DNA of 32,000 nt. It comes from Corynebacterium glutamicum ATCC 13032. GTDB taxonomy: Bacteria > Actinomycetota > Actinomycetes > Mycobacteriales > Mycobacteriaceae. The notes under the pieces were generated by a model. It worked only from the letters and a program-made list of their open reading frames with translations, was not told the DNA's origin and did not search any database. Location: the NCBI RefSeq assembly GCF_000011325.1, contig NC_003450.3, positions 1,770,001 to 1,802,000 on the forward strand, in the 5' to 3' direction. Both the position numbers and the translations under genes were made by a program. Numbering within the stretch: the first letter of the stretch is position 1; each line of letters opens with the position of its first letter. Below are positions 8,099 to 16,903 of the stretch, in pieces.

Positions 8099-9508
8099 TT
8101 ACTTGCGTGCTTTCGCTGCAATCGAGCGTGCCGCAATCATAAGTCCTTCGCGATTGAGCTTGCGCGAATATGCTGAATCCAAATACAGCACCGGGAACGT
8201 ATCTTCCGAACCCATCTCCGCTGCCTTAATCAGCAACGCTTCATGCAGTCGATCACGCAGCGGGCCGGAACCACCGCCGTAGACAAAGGCTACTTCGGTA
8301 AGAGCACCCACGTCGCTCAACACTCGTGCGAACTCTGCAGCCACATCCTGAACAAAGAACACTGCCTCCTGATCAACATGCTGTTCCACGCGGGTATAGA
8401 AATTCCGCTTGAGTGCACTCGGTGGTCGCTGCAAATAATCAGCCAACTGCTTACGCGAGTTAAAGTTGTGTGCCAACCCAGCATCGTCCATAGCCTGAAT
8501 CGCCGACTCCAAGACGGTGCCATAACCCTTGTCATAGGCGCGTGAAGCATCATGATTAAACCGCCCATCCGTAAAGACTGGGAAATTCACAGTACCTTCA
8601 CCCACATCCACACCGATTGTGTGGCGAGCTTGTAGCACATCACCTGCTGTCACGCCCTCTAGAGCAAGCCCTTTGGAGCGTACATCGGCGAGCATTCCGT
8701 TCATAAGTACTTCGCCACCTGCGGTAATGGCATACTGTGCCGATGCGCCCTCGGCAATGACCTCGACACGCTCAAAGATGAGCTGCACCGTTGCTGGGGT
8801 TTCAAAGTTGTTAACCGTCACCACATGCACAGCCGGGTTCGCTGCCCCATCACCCATAAACTGTGCCTTATACCCATGACGGTGACCCACATATTCATTA
8901 ATCGGTAACGCAAGTGCAAGATACGTATGCACACGCAGCACACCGGGATCACCCTCAACAGCAACCTGTGGGATTCGACCATGTGCTGCCACAAAGTCTT
9001 TCACAGCCTTGGCCGCAAGTACTGCCATGACCAGCACCTTGCTCAGTTCTTGTTCCGCCTTGGAGCGGTTACCCACCAGATCAAATTCCTCCAAGCTACC
9101 TCGTGCAGACAAGCTGCGCGTGCCACAAAGGTAACGATAATTACCTTTCACCATAGGCGAATTGAAATTGGTATCAATGTGGTTGAAGAAATCCGCACCG
9201 GTGACAGCAACAGCGGTGTCATCTGGTTCGGGAACTTCCGTTGGCCGGCTCATGCGCGTTGCTGCAGAGGGCATATCAATAACATCAACAGACGTGCCAG
9301 TCGTATCACCGGTTGCCTCGATAATGCCCTTGACATAACCGTTTCCAATATCGAGTCCAGCGGTATAGGTGTAGACACCGATATTCGAGCCTAAAGCAGA
9401 TCCGTGCTGGCCTGTCTGTACTGCATCTGTCGCAGAGTAATTCTTCGTATTAATGGGCTTAAGTACTTTCTGTGTGGTCTTCTTCTGCACATTCACAGCG
9501 CTGGTCAT
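8099..9508 (-). CDS. alpC: actin-like (ParM/Alp family) ATPase
   Basis: Actin-fold phosphate-1 GLDIGNGYVKG, phosphate-2 GVDVGEGTVNF and adenosine motif YGGGSG. GGGAAG RBS before ATG 9508. Sits downstream of a small adaptor gene and a repeat array, as in ParMRC-type systems. Confidence 0.9.
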   Translation of the reverse strand: MTSAVNVQKKTTQKVLKPINTKNYSATDAVQTGQHGSALGSNIGVYTYTAGLDIGNGYVKGIIEATGDTTGTSVDVIDMPSAATRMSRPTEVPEPDDTAVAVTGADFFNHIDTNFNSPMVKGNYRYLCGTRSLSARGSLEEFDLVGNRSKAEQELSKVLVMAVLAAKAVKDFVAAHGRIPQVAVEGDPGVLRVHTYLALALPINEYVGHRHGYKAQFMGDGAANPAVHVVTVNNFETPATVQLIFERVEVIAEGASAQYAITAGGEVLMNGMLADVRSKGLALEGVTAGDVLQARHTIGVDVGEGTVNFPVFTDGRFNHDASRAYDKGYGTVLESAIQAMDDAGLAHNFNSRKQLADYLQRPPSALKRNFYTRVEQHVDQEAVFFVQDVAAEFARVLSDVGALTEVAFVYGGGSGPLRDRLHEALLIKAAEMGSEDTFPVLYLDSAYSRKLNREGLMIAARSIAAKARK

Positions 9509-9550
9509 AATCTTCTTCCCTTAAAAAGTGTCGTTGTAACAAGGTATGAG

Positions 9551-10114
9551 CTAGCGACCGAACGCTTGGCCCATGACATCATCCATATCAAAGCCATCAT
9601 CTGGCTCTGACTGTGCTGGTTGCGCCGACTTTTGTTCTGGTTTTTGCTCCGGCTTCTGTGCCGGCTGTGGTGCTACCTGCTGCTTGGGTACTTTGGCCTC
9701 AACAACTGACTCCTCAACCGGCTGACTCTCCGCCTCGGCAACAAACTCATTTACCTGATCAGGTGCACGGGTTGTGGTCGATGGCGGTGCTATCTGCTGC
9801 GGTGCCTTCTTGCGTGTAGTCACAGCGTCTACGTCAGCAACCCCGGCCGCGAGCTGAGCAAAAAGATCACTACCCTCAGCCCCTGCCTGCAGGCTTTCCA
9901 CCAGCTTGAGGCCAATAACGGTAGCAACCTCTACATCACCGTATTCAGCGACAAACAAATAGATCAGCTGTCGCATCGCAAGCGAGATGCCACGAGCACC
10001 CTGTGTTTCCAAAAACCGCTCAACGATAGCGTCTGTTTCTGGGAAGCGCATACGCACATTACGCCACGGGGCATCGTCCTCTGATACATGTGTCGTGTCC
10101 TGTTTTTGAGCCAT
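9551..10114 (-). CDS. alpA: adaptor / centromere-binding partner of the actin-like protein
   Basis: Start placed at ATG 10114 (MAQKQDTTHV...). Compact N-terminal domain, low-complexity PQPAQKPEQKPEQK linker and acidic tail SEPDDGFDMDDVMGQAFGR. Lies 43 nt upstream of alpC in the same orientation. Confidence 0.75.
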   Translation of the reverse strand: MAQKQDTTHVSEDDAPWRNVRMRFPETDAIVERFLETQGARGISLAMRQLIYLFVAEYGDVEVATVIGLKLVESLQAGAEGSDLFAQLAAGVADVDAVTTRKKAPQQIAPPSTTTRAPDQVNEFVAEAESQPVEESVVEAKVPKQQVAPQPAQKPEQKPEQKSAQPAQSEPDDGFDMDDVMGQAFGR

Positions 10115-10169
10115 GTGTGACCCCCATTTCGTACATTGTGTCGGGAAGTTTCTCTTCAATAACTGCATT

Positions 10170-10500
10170 GTTTATGACTAACGTTATTGACTAATTTAAT
10201 AGTAACATAGAAGTGTCTTTTAAAAGACAATTAAAAAGCAATTAACGTACTTTTAAAAGGCACTTATGTGTCAATTAATAATTAACCCGTAAAAAACAAT
10301 TAATCGTTTCTTAAAGGGCTTTTAAACAACCACTAACAGCACAATCCCCTATGTACCGATAATCGACCGTTATCTGCCTTTTAAGGCACTTTTAACAAGC
10401 CCTTAAAACACGCCTAACGTGCACTTAAGCAGGCAGGTAATAAACCCCTAGCGGTCGATTAAATAACTATTTAATAGTTAACTAATGGAGCCCCACCATG
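10170..10500 (-). promoter_or_regulatory. AT-rich repeat array upstream of alpA (alpS/parC-like centromere plus promoter)
   Basis: Palindrome GTCTTTTAAAAGAC (10215-10228) and CTTTTAAAAG (10250-10259). Related TTTTAA(A/G)G-core units occur at about 10308-10330 and three times in 10375-10414. An 8-bp inverted repeat taactatt-t-aatagtta lies at 10464-10480. Confidence 0.6.
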
Positions 10501-10503
10501 ACA

Positions 10504-10905
10504 TCAACCTTTAATCTCCACCGCATTATTGAGTGCGATGCTGTAACCATCACCCCGAAAATGGCGCGCTCGAACATCGAGCTCGCTAGAAGAGGCGGCC
10601 TTACCTGCGACGGTGGAGCCGTAGCTATAACCAATCACAACTTTTCTTTGGTCTGGGTTGCGGGACTGTAGGGCTGTTTGAAACTTCTGAAGATCTTTCG
10701 CAGCGTGATTGGCCACTGCACCTGATACCGCAGTGGAGATAGAATTTGGTGCTTGATAACCCAACCACAGTACTGTTGCGGAATTGGTGGAAGTGGAAAC
10801 CGTGCGGGCGCGATCAGCGTGAAAAGGCAAATTTACGCCACAAGTTGGCCTAAAGGTAACACTCGCACGGGTACGCGGGCGCGCGCATAGGTATGCAGGA
10901 GACAA
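10504..10905 (-). pseudogene. remnant of an alpha/beta-hydrolase (DUF1023-like) gene
   Basis: Only the middle part, VLWLGYQAPNS...AAKDLQKFQTAL...VVIGYSYGSTVAGKAA, resembles the WLGYDAP...GHSYGS hydrolase core. The only start is a TTG flush against the upstream terminator, there is no RBS, and both ends diverge. Confidence 0.4.
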
Positions 10906-10948
10906 AAAGAAACCCCGCGACTGAGAGTTAGATCAGTCGCGGGGTTTC
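10902..10948 (-). terminator. rho-independent terminator of the GNAT gene
   Basis: gaaaccccgcgactga / tcagtcgcggggtttc hairpin, followed on the minus strand by tttcttttt. Confidence 0.75.
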
Positions 10949-11015
10949 CCGAATATAAACAATGAAGTTGCCGCTATGTCCGAACGGCAGGACGCAATAT
11001 CAAAGCCGGGAAGAG

Positions 11016-11585
11016 CTACAGCTCCACTCCCATCGTGTAAACAACAGGGCCACCCGGAACCTCTGATCGATGGGAGACCTTGAAGCCATGACGCTCGTAC
11101 AACGAAACATTGCTTTCAGCTGACGTCTCAAGCGATACCCGTCGATGATCAGACTCTGAAACACGCAGCAATGCTTCTTTGATGAGTGCAGAACCCAAGC
11201 CCCGCCCGGCAGATTCAGGTCGCACGCCAAGAGTCGCAAAATCCCAAGACGTATCGAGCCTTGGCGGAAGCACCAGACCGAATACCTCCTGGACACGATC
11301 GCCCATAATCTCAGCTATCTCAAGCTGAACACTTTCAGAAGGCTCAGGTGCATTAGGAGGAAGTAACGCAGCCACACCATCGCGATTTGGTGTTATCAAA
11401 ATCATGCCGTGCTGTAAAGCATGAGAGAGATAGATCGATTGAAGCCTCAACAATCGCGAGTCGTAATCCGCCTCGGGAAGGCACCATCTAGTCCAAGGAT
11501 AGGAAACAAAGGCTACGGCTAGGGTCGCAGCAGCCTCATCGATGTCGGCCTCCGTAGCCGACTGAACAACGTAATTCACAAGCAA
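11016..11585 (-). CDS. GNAT-family N-acetyltransferase
   Basis: Acetyl-CoA motif A region GVRPESAGRGLGSALIKEAL plus the C-terminal NVSLYERHGFKV. TTG/GTG start region at 11579-11585. Confidence 0.85.
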   Translation of the reverse strand: MLVNYVVQSATEADIDEAAATLAVAFVSYPWTRWCLPEADYDSRLLRLQSIYLSHALQHGMILITPNRDGVAALLPPNAPEPSESVQLEIAEIMGDRVQEVFGLVLPPRLDTSWDFATLGVRPESAGRGLGSALIKEALLRVSESDHRRVSLETSAESNVSLYERHGFKVSHRSEVPGGPVVYTMGVEL

Positions 11586-11923
11586 ACACTACCACAGCGA
11601 CTCTAGGAACTCGGGATCTTTCTGCAGGAAGCAGCAGGTAGCGGACTCGTCGCGCGGAACTGCGAAGCAGGACGCAACGCCTAGAAGAAGAATGGCAGCA
11701 GCTCTTGTCGGAAGCCTTCAGACAGCACGTGTGGCTACGGACTGTGTGGCTCGCGAATCCACAAGGAGAAGCAAAGGAGTGTTTTTACTTTAACAAAAGG
11801 TTGAGGGGTATTTTTTATGCTTTAATCAACCACAGATGTACAAGCCTTGCTGTGTATATTGTTCTGCTGTACTCAACCCCCACTTATTCACCGATATTTT
11901 TCCAGAAGAGGGCACACTACCCT

Positions 11924-12793
11924 ATGACTACACCGCAACCCAGCAAACCTGCGCCATGGTCGCTTGCCTATAAGTATCAAGCCATCAGCAATGATGATTT
12001 TGACAACCATATGGATGACCTCAGCAGTCGCCAAGACCATGAAGCCTACGGCACGTACAACCCCGATAACGGTGTCATGCCCGATCATGTCATCGTGCCT
12101 TCACCCTATGAACCATATGATGATGCTGCGCCGATTGATCCTTTCGACTACGACGAAGATCTTCTCGATGAGATTAAAGAAGAGCGCGCTGCACAAGCGG
12201 CTGACGCACAAGTAACAGAAACAACTAAAGCTGACGCAGACGTTGCAGAGCTCGCAGCCGCTATTGACGAACAGAACCGCACCCACAAAGAGCAGTTCCC
12301 TACGGCAGATCGCAAGGAACTATTCGCCTGGTTGGATAAGCGTCGCCCAGAATTAAGCGACGATTTCATCAAAGCTTTTGATGATTTCCTTCATTCTTTT
12401 GCGTGCCTGGACAAAACAACGATCACCCTATTGGCGCAATCACCGGTGCGCACATCCACTGGCTATACAGGTACTTTTATCGGCATCCCCAATAATGAAC
12501 CACTGTCCGAAGAGCCCACCCCCACCATTTACATTGTGCACGATAATCACACAGGGATAATCCACAGTTACCCCGCACGAATGATTAATCTTAAATCTGA
12601 GCTCGGTTCCGCTGAGATGATTCACGAGGCAATCTGGGGGTCACCCCATCAACAGCAGTTAATCTCATGGTATGAGACTTACTACACCAACATCTACTAT
12701 GGTTTTAACCCACCCACTGAACCACATAAGAGTCTTGAGATTTTTGCTCAAGACTTCTGTCTGACCCCACCAGAGAAACCTCCTTTTTTCTAA
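11924..12793 (+). CDS. hypothetical acidic prophage protein
   Basis: ORF 11705..12793. The first ATG with an RBS-like agaagaggg is 11924 (MTTPQPSKPAPW...). A convergent terminator follows. I recognise no family. Confidence 0.6.
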   Translation: MTTPQPSKPAPWSLAYKYQAISNDDFDNHMDDLSSRQDHEAYGTYNPDNGVMPDHVIVPSPYEPYDDAAPIDPFDYDEDLLDEIKEERAAQAADAQVTETTKADADVAELAAAIDEQNRTHKEQFPTADRKELFAWLDKRRPELSDDFIKAFDDFLHSFACLDKTTITLLAQSPVRTSTGYTGTFIGIPNNEPLSEEPTPTIYIVHDNHTGIIHSYPARMINLKSELGSAEMIHEAIWGSPHQQQLISWYETYYTNIYYGFNPPTEPHKSLEIFAQDFCLTPPEKPPFF

Positions 12794-12819
12794 GGCAAGG
12801 CCCGTGGCACACATACACA

Positions 12820-12850
12820 ACAACCCCTAGAGAATATCTCTAGGGGTTGT
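12820..12850. terminator. bidirectional terminator between convergent genes
   Basis: Perfect 14-bp stem acaacccctagaga / tctctaggggttgt with a 3-nt loop. Confidence 0.65.
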
Positions 12851-12890
12851 GTTCCGACTTTAATCAGTCATGGTCGTTGCTCTATGACCT

Positions 12891-15473
12891 TTAGTCAATA
12901 GTACCTTCGGCATCTGCACCGGTCTCTGCACCGGCCTCAGCATCATCTGGGAATCCAAGATCATCACCTGGGACCGTGATGCAGTCATTGCCGGTACCAG
13001 GGTTGCCGCCACCGCCAAAGGTTGTCGAAATACCAGTGTCCTTTTCGCCGATCCACCAGTTTCCGTTCTCACCGATGTGCGGGGTGAGACCATCCTTACC
13101 GTCAGTTCCGTTAGTACCGTTGGTGCCATCTCGTCCATGTGGAATGGTCACAGTGGAATGGTCACTGAATCGAATAGTGGTGAAACCAGGAGTCTCTTCA
13201 GTACCTATAACAGTGAGGCCCGATGCATTCGGTAGAGAATATGCCATTGGTGAACCTGTAGCGTAGAACACAACAGCACTATGTGGTGGAAGGGTGTAAT
13301 CATATTCTTCACCATTGATCGTTGCAGTAATGGTCTTGGGTTCATCACTAGTGTTGAAGACCACATCAGTGACACCCGCTACCGCCTCACCAACGGGGGT
13401 CGGGCTTGCAGAGACACCTGTATCGGTATCACCGATCCACCAGTTACCGTTGTCGCCAATGTGTGGTGTGAGGCCATCCTCACCAGGTGTTCCAGTGCCA
13501 CCCTGAGCTGGGATACCAGTATCCTTTTCACCGATGTACCAGTTACCGTTGTCACCAATAACAGTGTGCGGGATTTCATATTCAAATTGATCAAGAATGA
13601 TGATGGTGGCCTGGCCACCACCTGGATAACTCGATTCTCGGATCTCAATGTCCACATTACCGGAACCCTCGCCCGGAGCGCCCGTGTCACCAGTGTCACC
13701 CTTATCGCCCTTTGGACCCTGCGCCTTGACACCGGTATTTTCACCATTGATGTACCAGTAGCCATTAATGATCTCAACGGTGTTAGCACCGTTGGTTCCA
13801 TTTTCACCGTCTTGTCCATCGGCTCCGTTGGTGCCATTTTCACCAACTGCCTTGACACCGGTATTTTCACCATTGATGTACCAGTAGCCATTAATGATCT
13901 CAACGGTGTTAGCACCATCGGCTCCGTTGGCGCCATCCTGACCACGAGCAGGAACGCCGGTATCAACGATGCCGATCCACCAATTACCATTATCACCGAT
14001 GCGTGGGGTGTCACCGTCTTTACCGTCATTGCCACGTGCAGCAGTACAGGTGTTGTTCTCACCGATCCACCAGTTACCATCTGGGCCGATGTACGGGGTC
14101 AGTCCGTCCTTACCGTCTTCGCCGGTATCTCCCTTGTCGCCCTTCTCACCCTTGTTGATGGTGATTTCAGTGCCGTTCGAGAACACCACAACAGTGTTGC
14201 CGTCCGCATCGAAACGGGTTTCGATGACCGTAATGGACTCGCCATCTGCGCCATTACTTCCATCTTCACCATCGGCGCCAGCGTCACCCTTATCACCCTT
14301 ATTAATGGTAATAACAGTGCCATCGGAGAGCTCAACAAGAGTGTTGCCTTCAGCATCGTTGCTGGTGTTAACAACAGTAATTGATTCACCATCTGCGCCG
14401 TCTTCGCCATCGGCGCCAGCGTCACCCTTGTCGCCCTTCTCACCCTTGTTGATGGTCACATTGGAGCCATCGGAGAATTCGACAACAGTGTTGCCGTCCG
14501 CATCAACATAAGAGTTCTCCACAGTGATGCTGACTCCATCAGCACCGTCAGAGCCGTCAGCACCGTCCTTACCATCGGTACCCTTCTTTACAATGATCGT
14601 GGAACCATCGGAAAGCTCAACAACGGTGTCTCCATCATCGTTGATGTAGGTATCAGTTACGGTAAGGTCCTTACCGTCTTCGCCGTCCTTGCCGTCTTCT
14701 CCATCTTTACCGTCTTCACCCTTGTCGATAACAATGGTGGAACCGTCAGAGAACTCAACAACAGTATTACCTTCATCGTCGCGGTAAGTATTAACAATGG
14801 TGATAGCAGCGCCGTCTTTACCATTGGTGATGGTGATTTCAGAACCATCGGAAAAGACAACAATGGTATTGCCGTCATCATCAGTCTTAATCTCAGTAAT
14901 GGTGATCGAGGTACCATCTTGACCATCAACACCATTTTCACCATCAGTGCCACTGGAGCCACCCGCGAAGTCGAAGCCTTCCAGCCAGCAGTAGTCAACC
15001 AGTGCGATCAGGCCGGCAGTACCAGCAACAGCGCCGATAGCAGGGCCTGCAGTCTGGCCCACCTGTGCCGCCAGGTCATTCCATCCAGCCATGGTTCGTG
15101 CTGCTTCAGTGAGATCAATACCCTGCACAGCGTTCTGCTGTGGGCCGTGCACGCCGTTACCGAGGCCAATGTTGAGCGATTCAAGAGAGTTGTTGAACTG
15201 ATTGCTGAGATCCTGCCCAATGCGCTGTGCGTCAGACTGAATCTGGGACACCATATGCTGGAATTCTGGCTGCTGAGACAGCAGACCAACACCCACTGCT
15301 GCGCCTGCAACAAGCGGTGCAGCAGCACAAATGGCATCACGGGTGGAATCGGAGTTGGTAGTGTCATCCGCAACATCCTGTGCAGATGCCGCAGGAACAA
15401 TAGACAGACCCAGACCAGCAACAGTCAGCGCGGTAATAGAACGCGCAGAATTCTTCTTCAAATTAAGAGACAA
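12891..15473 (-). CDS. secreted collagen-like / tail-fibre-like repeat protein (860 aa)
   Basis: TTG start with GAAAGG RBS and signal peptide ...SIVPAASAQD. Seven units of G-x-D-G collagen-like triplets plus sITVxNtxxDaxGNTVVEFSDGSxxTInKG. Five P(H/R/Y)IGxxGNWWIGxxDTG units. Two ANTVEIINGYWYINGENTGVKA units. Confidence 0.85.
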   Translation of the reverse strand: MSLNLKKNSARSITALTVAGLGLSIVPAASAQDVADDTTNSDSTRDAICAAAPLVAGAAVGVGLLSQQPEFQHMVSQIQSDAQRIGQDLSNQFNNSLESLNIGLGNGVHGPQQNAVQGIDLTEAARTMAGWNDLAAQVGQTAGPAIGAVAGTAGLIALVDYCWLEGFDFAGGSSGTDGENGVDGQDGTSITITEIKTDDDGNTIVVFSDGSEITITNGKDGAAITIVNTYRDDEGNTVVEFSDGSTIVIDKGEDGKDGEDGKDGEDGKDLTVTDTYINDDGDTVVELSDGSTIIVKKGTDGKDGADGSDGADGVSITVENSYVDADGNTVVEFSDGSNVTINKGEKGDKGDAGADGEDGADGESITVVNTSNDAEGNTLVELSDGTVITINKGDKGDAGADGEDGSNGADGESITVIETRFDADGNTVVVFSNGTEITINKGEKGDKGDTGEDGKDGLTPYIGPDGNWWIGENNTCTAARGNDGKDGDTPRIGDNGNWWIGIVDTGVPARGQDGANGADGANTVEIINGYWYINGENTGVKAVGENGTNGADGQDGENGTNGANTVEIINGYWYINGENTGVKAQGPKGDKGDTGDTGAPGEGSGNVDIEIRESSYPGGGQATIIILDQFEYEIPHTVIGDNGNWYIGEKDTGIPAQGGTGTPGEDGLTPHIGDNGNWWIGDTDTGVSASPTPVGEAVAGVTDVVFNTSDEPKTITATINGEEYDYTLPPHSAVVFYATGSPMAYSLPNASGLTVIGTEETPGFTTIRFSDHSTVTIPHGRDGTNGTNGTDGKDGLTPHIGENGNWWIGEKDTGISTTFGGGGNPGTGNDCITVPGDDLGFPDDAEAGAETGADAEGTID
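13723..13916. repeat. tandem duplication, 126-bp period, inside the 860-aa gene
   Basis: The 68 nt at 13723-13790 are identical to 13849-13916 (gccttgacaccggtattttcaccattgatgtaccagtagccattaatgatctcaacggtgttagcacc). Confidence 0.9.
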
Positions 15474-15650
15474 GGTGAAACGCCTTTCATAAAAGGTAAT
15501 AACATGCTGTAACTAGTTAAAAGATGAAAACTTAATTATTATTTCCCATAAAGTAATTAATGACTTTTAAACTACTTTTAAAGATATACGTTATAGATAA
15601 CTATATGCAACTAAACTATTATTTACTTATTAACTTCTTACATGTCCCCA

Positions 15651-15689
15651 GAAAACTAAAAAACCTTTAAGAAAATTTCTTAAAGGTTT
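15651..15689 (-). terminator. terminator after the 371-aa gene (palindromic, possibly bidirectional)
   Basis: aaacctttaagaaa-a-tttcttaaaggttt (15661-15689), with T-rich flanks on both strands. Confidence 0.7.
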
Positions 15690-15728
15690 TTCTTCATGCT
15701 GCTGTATTAATCCAGCATTACACTGGCG

Positions 15729-16844
15729 TTAACCTGCGTTAACAAGCTCAGGGTCTTCTTCTACTTCGAGATCTGCATCAGTTTCAGTGTCGATCACACT
15801 ATCGTCGTCACCATCAACCTTTTCACTCTGTTCAGATGATCCAAGCCCAGAAGAGCCAGTTGGCTTTTCTGCCGCCACGTCACCATCTGCGTTGTCATCG
15901 GCATCAATGTCGCCACAGAAATCATCAGCGAGCACCGACAGCACAGCAAGGCCGGTAGCACCAGAGATCAACAACCCTGCATCAATATCCTTGGTCGCGT
16001 TGTAGAGCCACTGATCAAACTGGGGGTTGAGGCTTGGAAGATTGAACTGTGCACGCACATCTTCAACAACACGTGGGATCGCCGGTGCCACAGCGTTAGC
16101 AATAGCACCTGCAGCAGGAATTGCTGCCAGCAGCAACATCTTCGGGTTCAGCAGACACTGTGCCAGCTCATCGGTGGCACCCTTAGCTGGCGCTGGGATA
16201 GTGACCTCAGAACCATCGGAGAACACAATGGTAATGGAACCATCGTCATTGGCAATCTGATCGACAATGGTCGCGTTAGCGCCGTTCTCACCATCCTTGC
16301 CATTTTCACCATCAGCACCATCCTGGCCGTCTGAGCCATCGTTGCCGTCCTTACCGTTAGCAACAACAAGCACAGAGCCATCAGAGAACGTAATGACGAT
16401 ATTGCCGTTGGCGTCAGTCGCAGTAGACACCACAGTAGCGTCCTCGCCATCCTTGCCATCTTCACCATCCACACCGTCCTTAGCTGCAGGAATGGTGACG
16501 ACGGTGCCATCAGAGAAGGTGAGCTTGACATCACCATTGGACTCCGTAGCGACATCAACAATGGTTGCGTCCTTGCCGATCACACCATCTTGGCCATCGG
16601 TACCATCCTTGCCATCAACACCCGCCTTGAGGGTGACAAAAGTGCCGTCGGTGAAGTGGAAGGTGATGTCACCAGTCACTGGATCAACAACGGTGCGATC
16701 AAGGTTGACAACGTGAATCGGGGTACCAGCACCTACCTGCTGAGCCGTAGCTGGTGCCGCACCAACAGCAGCAACACCAGAGACACCGACTGCAACAGCG
16801 ACAGCAATGGATGCAAGACGACGAGAATTAAGCTTCAAAGACAT
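15729..16844 (-). CDS. secreted collagen-like repeat protein (371 aa)
   Basis: Signal peptide ending AAPATAQQ and an N-terminus MSLKLN paralogous to the MSLNLK of the 860-aa protein. DGxDGxDG plus ATIVDvatesnGdvkLTFSDGTVVTIPA-type units. Hydrophobic Cys-bracketed module and an acidic tail. Confidence 0.85.
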   Translation of the reverse strand: MSLKLNSRRLASIAVAVAVGVSGVAAVGAAPATAQQVGAGTPIHVVNLDRTVVDPVTGDITFHFTDGTFVTLKAGVDGKDGTDGQDGVIGKDATIVDVATESNGDVKLTFSDGTVVTIPAAKDGVDGEDGKDGEDATVVSTATDANGNIVITFSDGSVLVVANGKDGNDGSDGQDGADGENGKDGENGANATIVDQIANDDGSITIVFSDGSEVTIPAPAKGATDELAQCLLNPKMLLLAAIPAAGAIANAVAPAIPRVVEDVRAQFNLPSLNPQFDQWLYNATKDIDAGLLISGATGLAVLSVLADDFCGDIDADDNADGDVAAEKPTGSSGLGSSEQSEKVDGDDDSVIDTETDADLEVEEDPELVNAG

Positions 16845-16903
16845 GTGAATATTCCTTATCTATATAAAGGTGAGAAAAAAACTCAAAACAGGGAGTGAAA
16901 AAA

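Noticed and set aside
12976-16716. Many 60-370-aa ORFs on the plus strand and in alternative minus frames (e.g. 13281..14384, 13969..14511, 16267..16716)
   Set aside because: These are antisense or off-frame shadows of the GC-biased, repeat-rich collagen-like genes. They have low-complexity composition, no RBS, and are fully nested in the well-supported genes.
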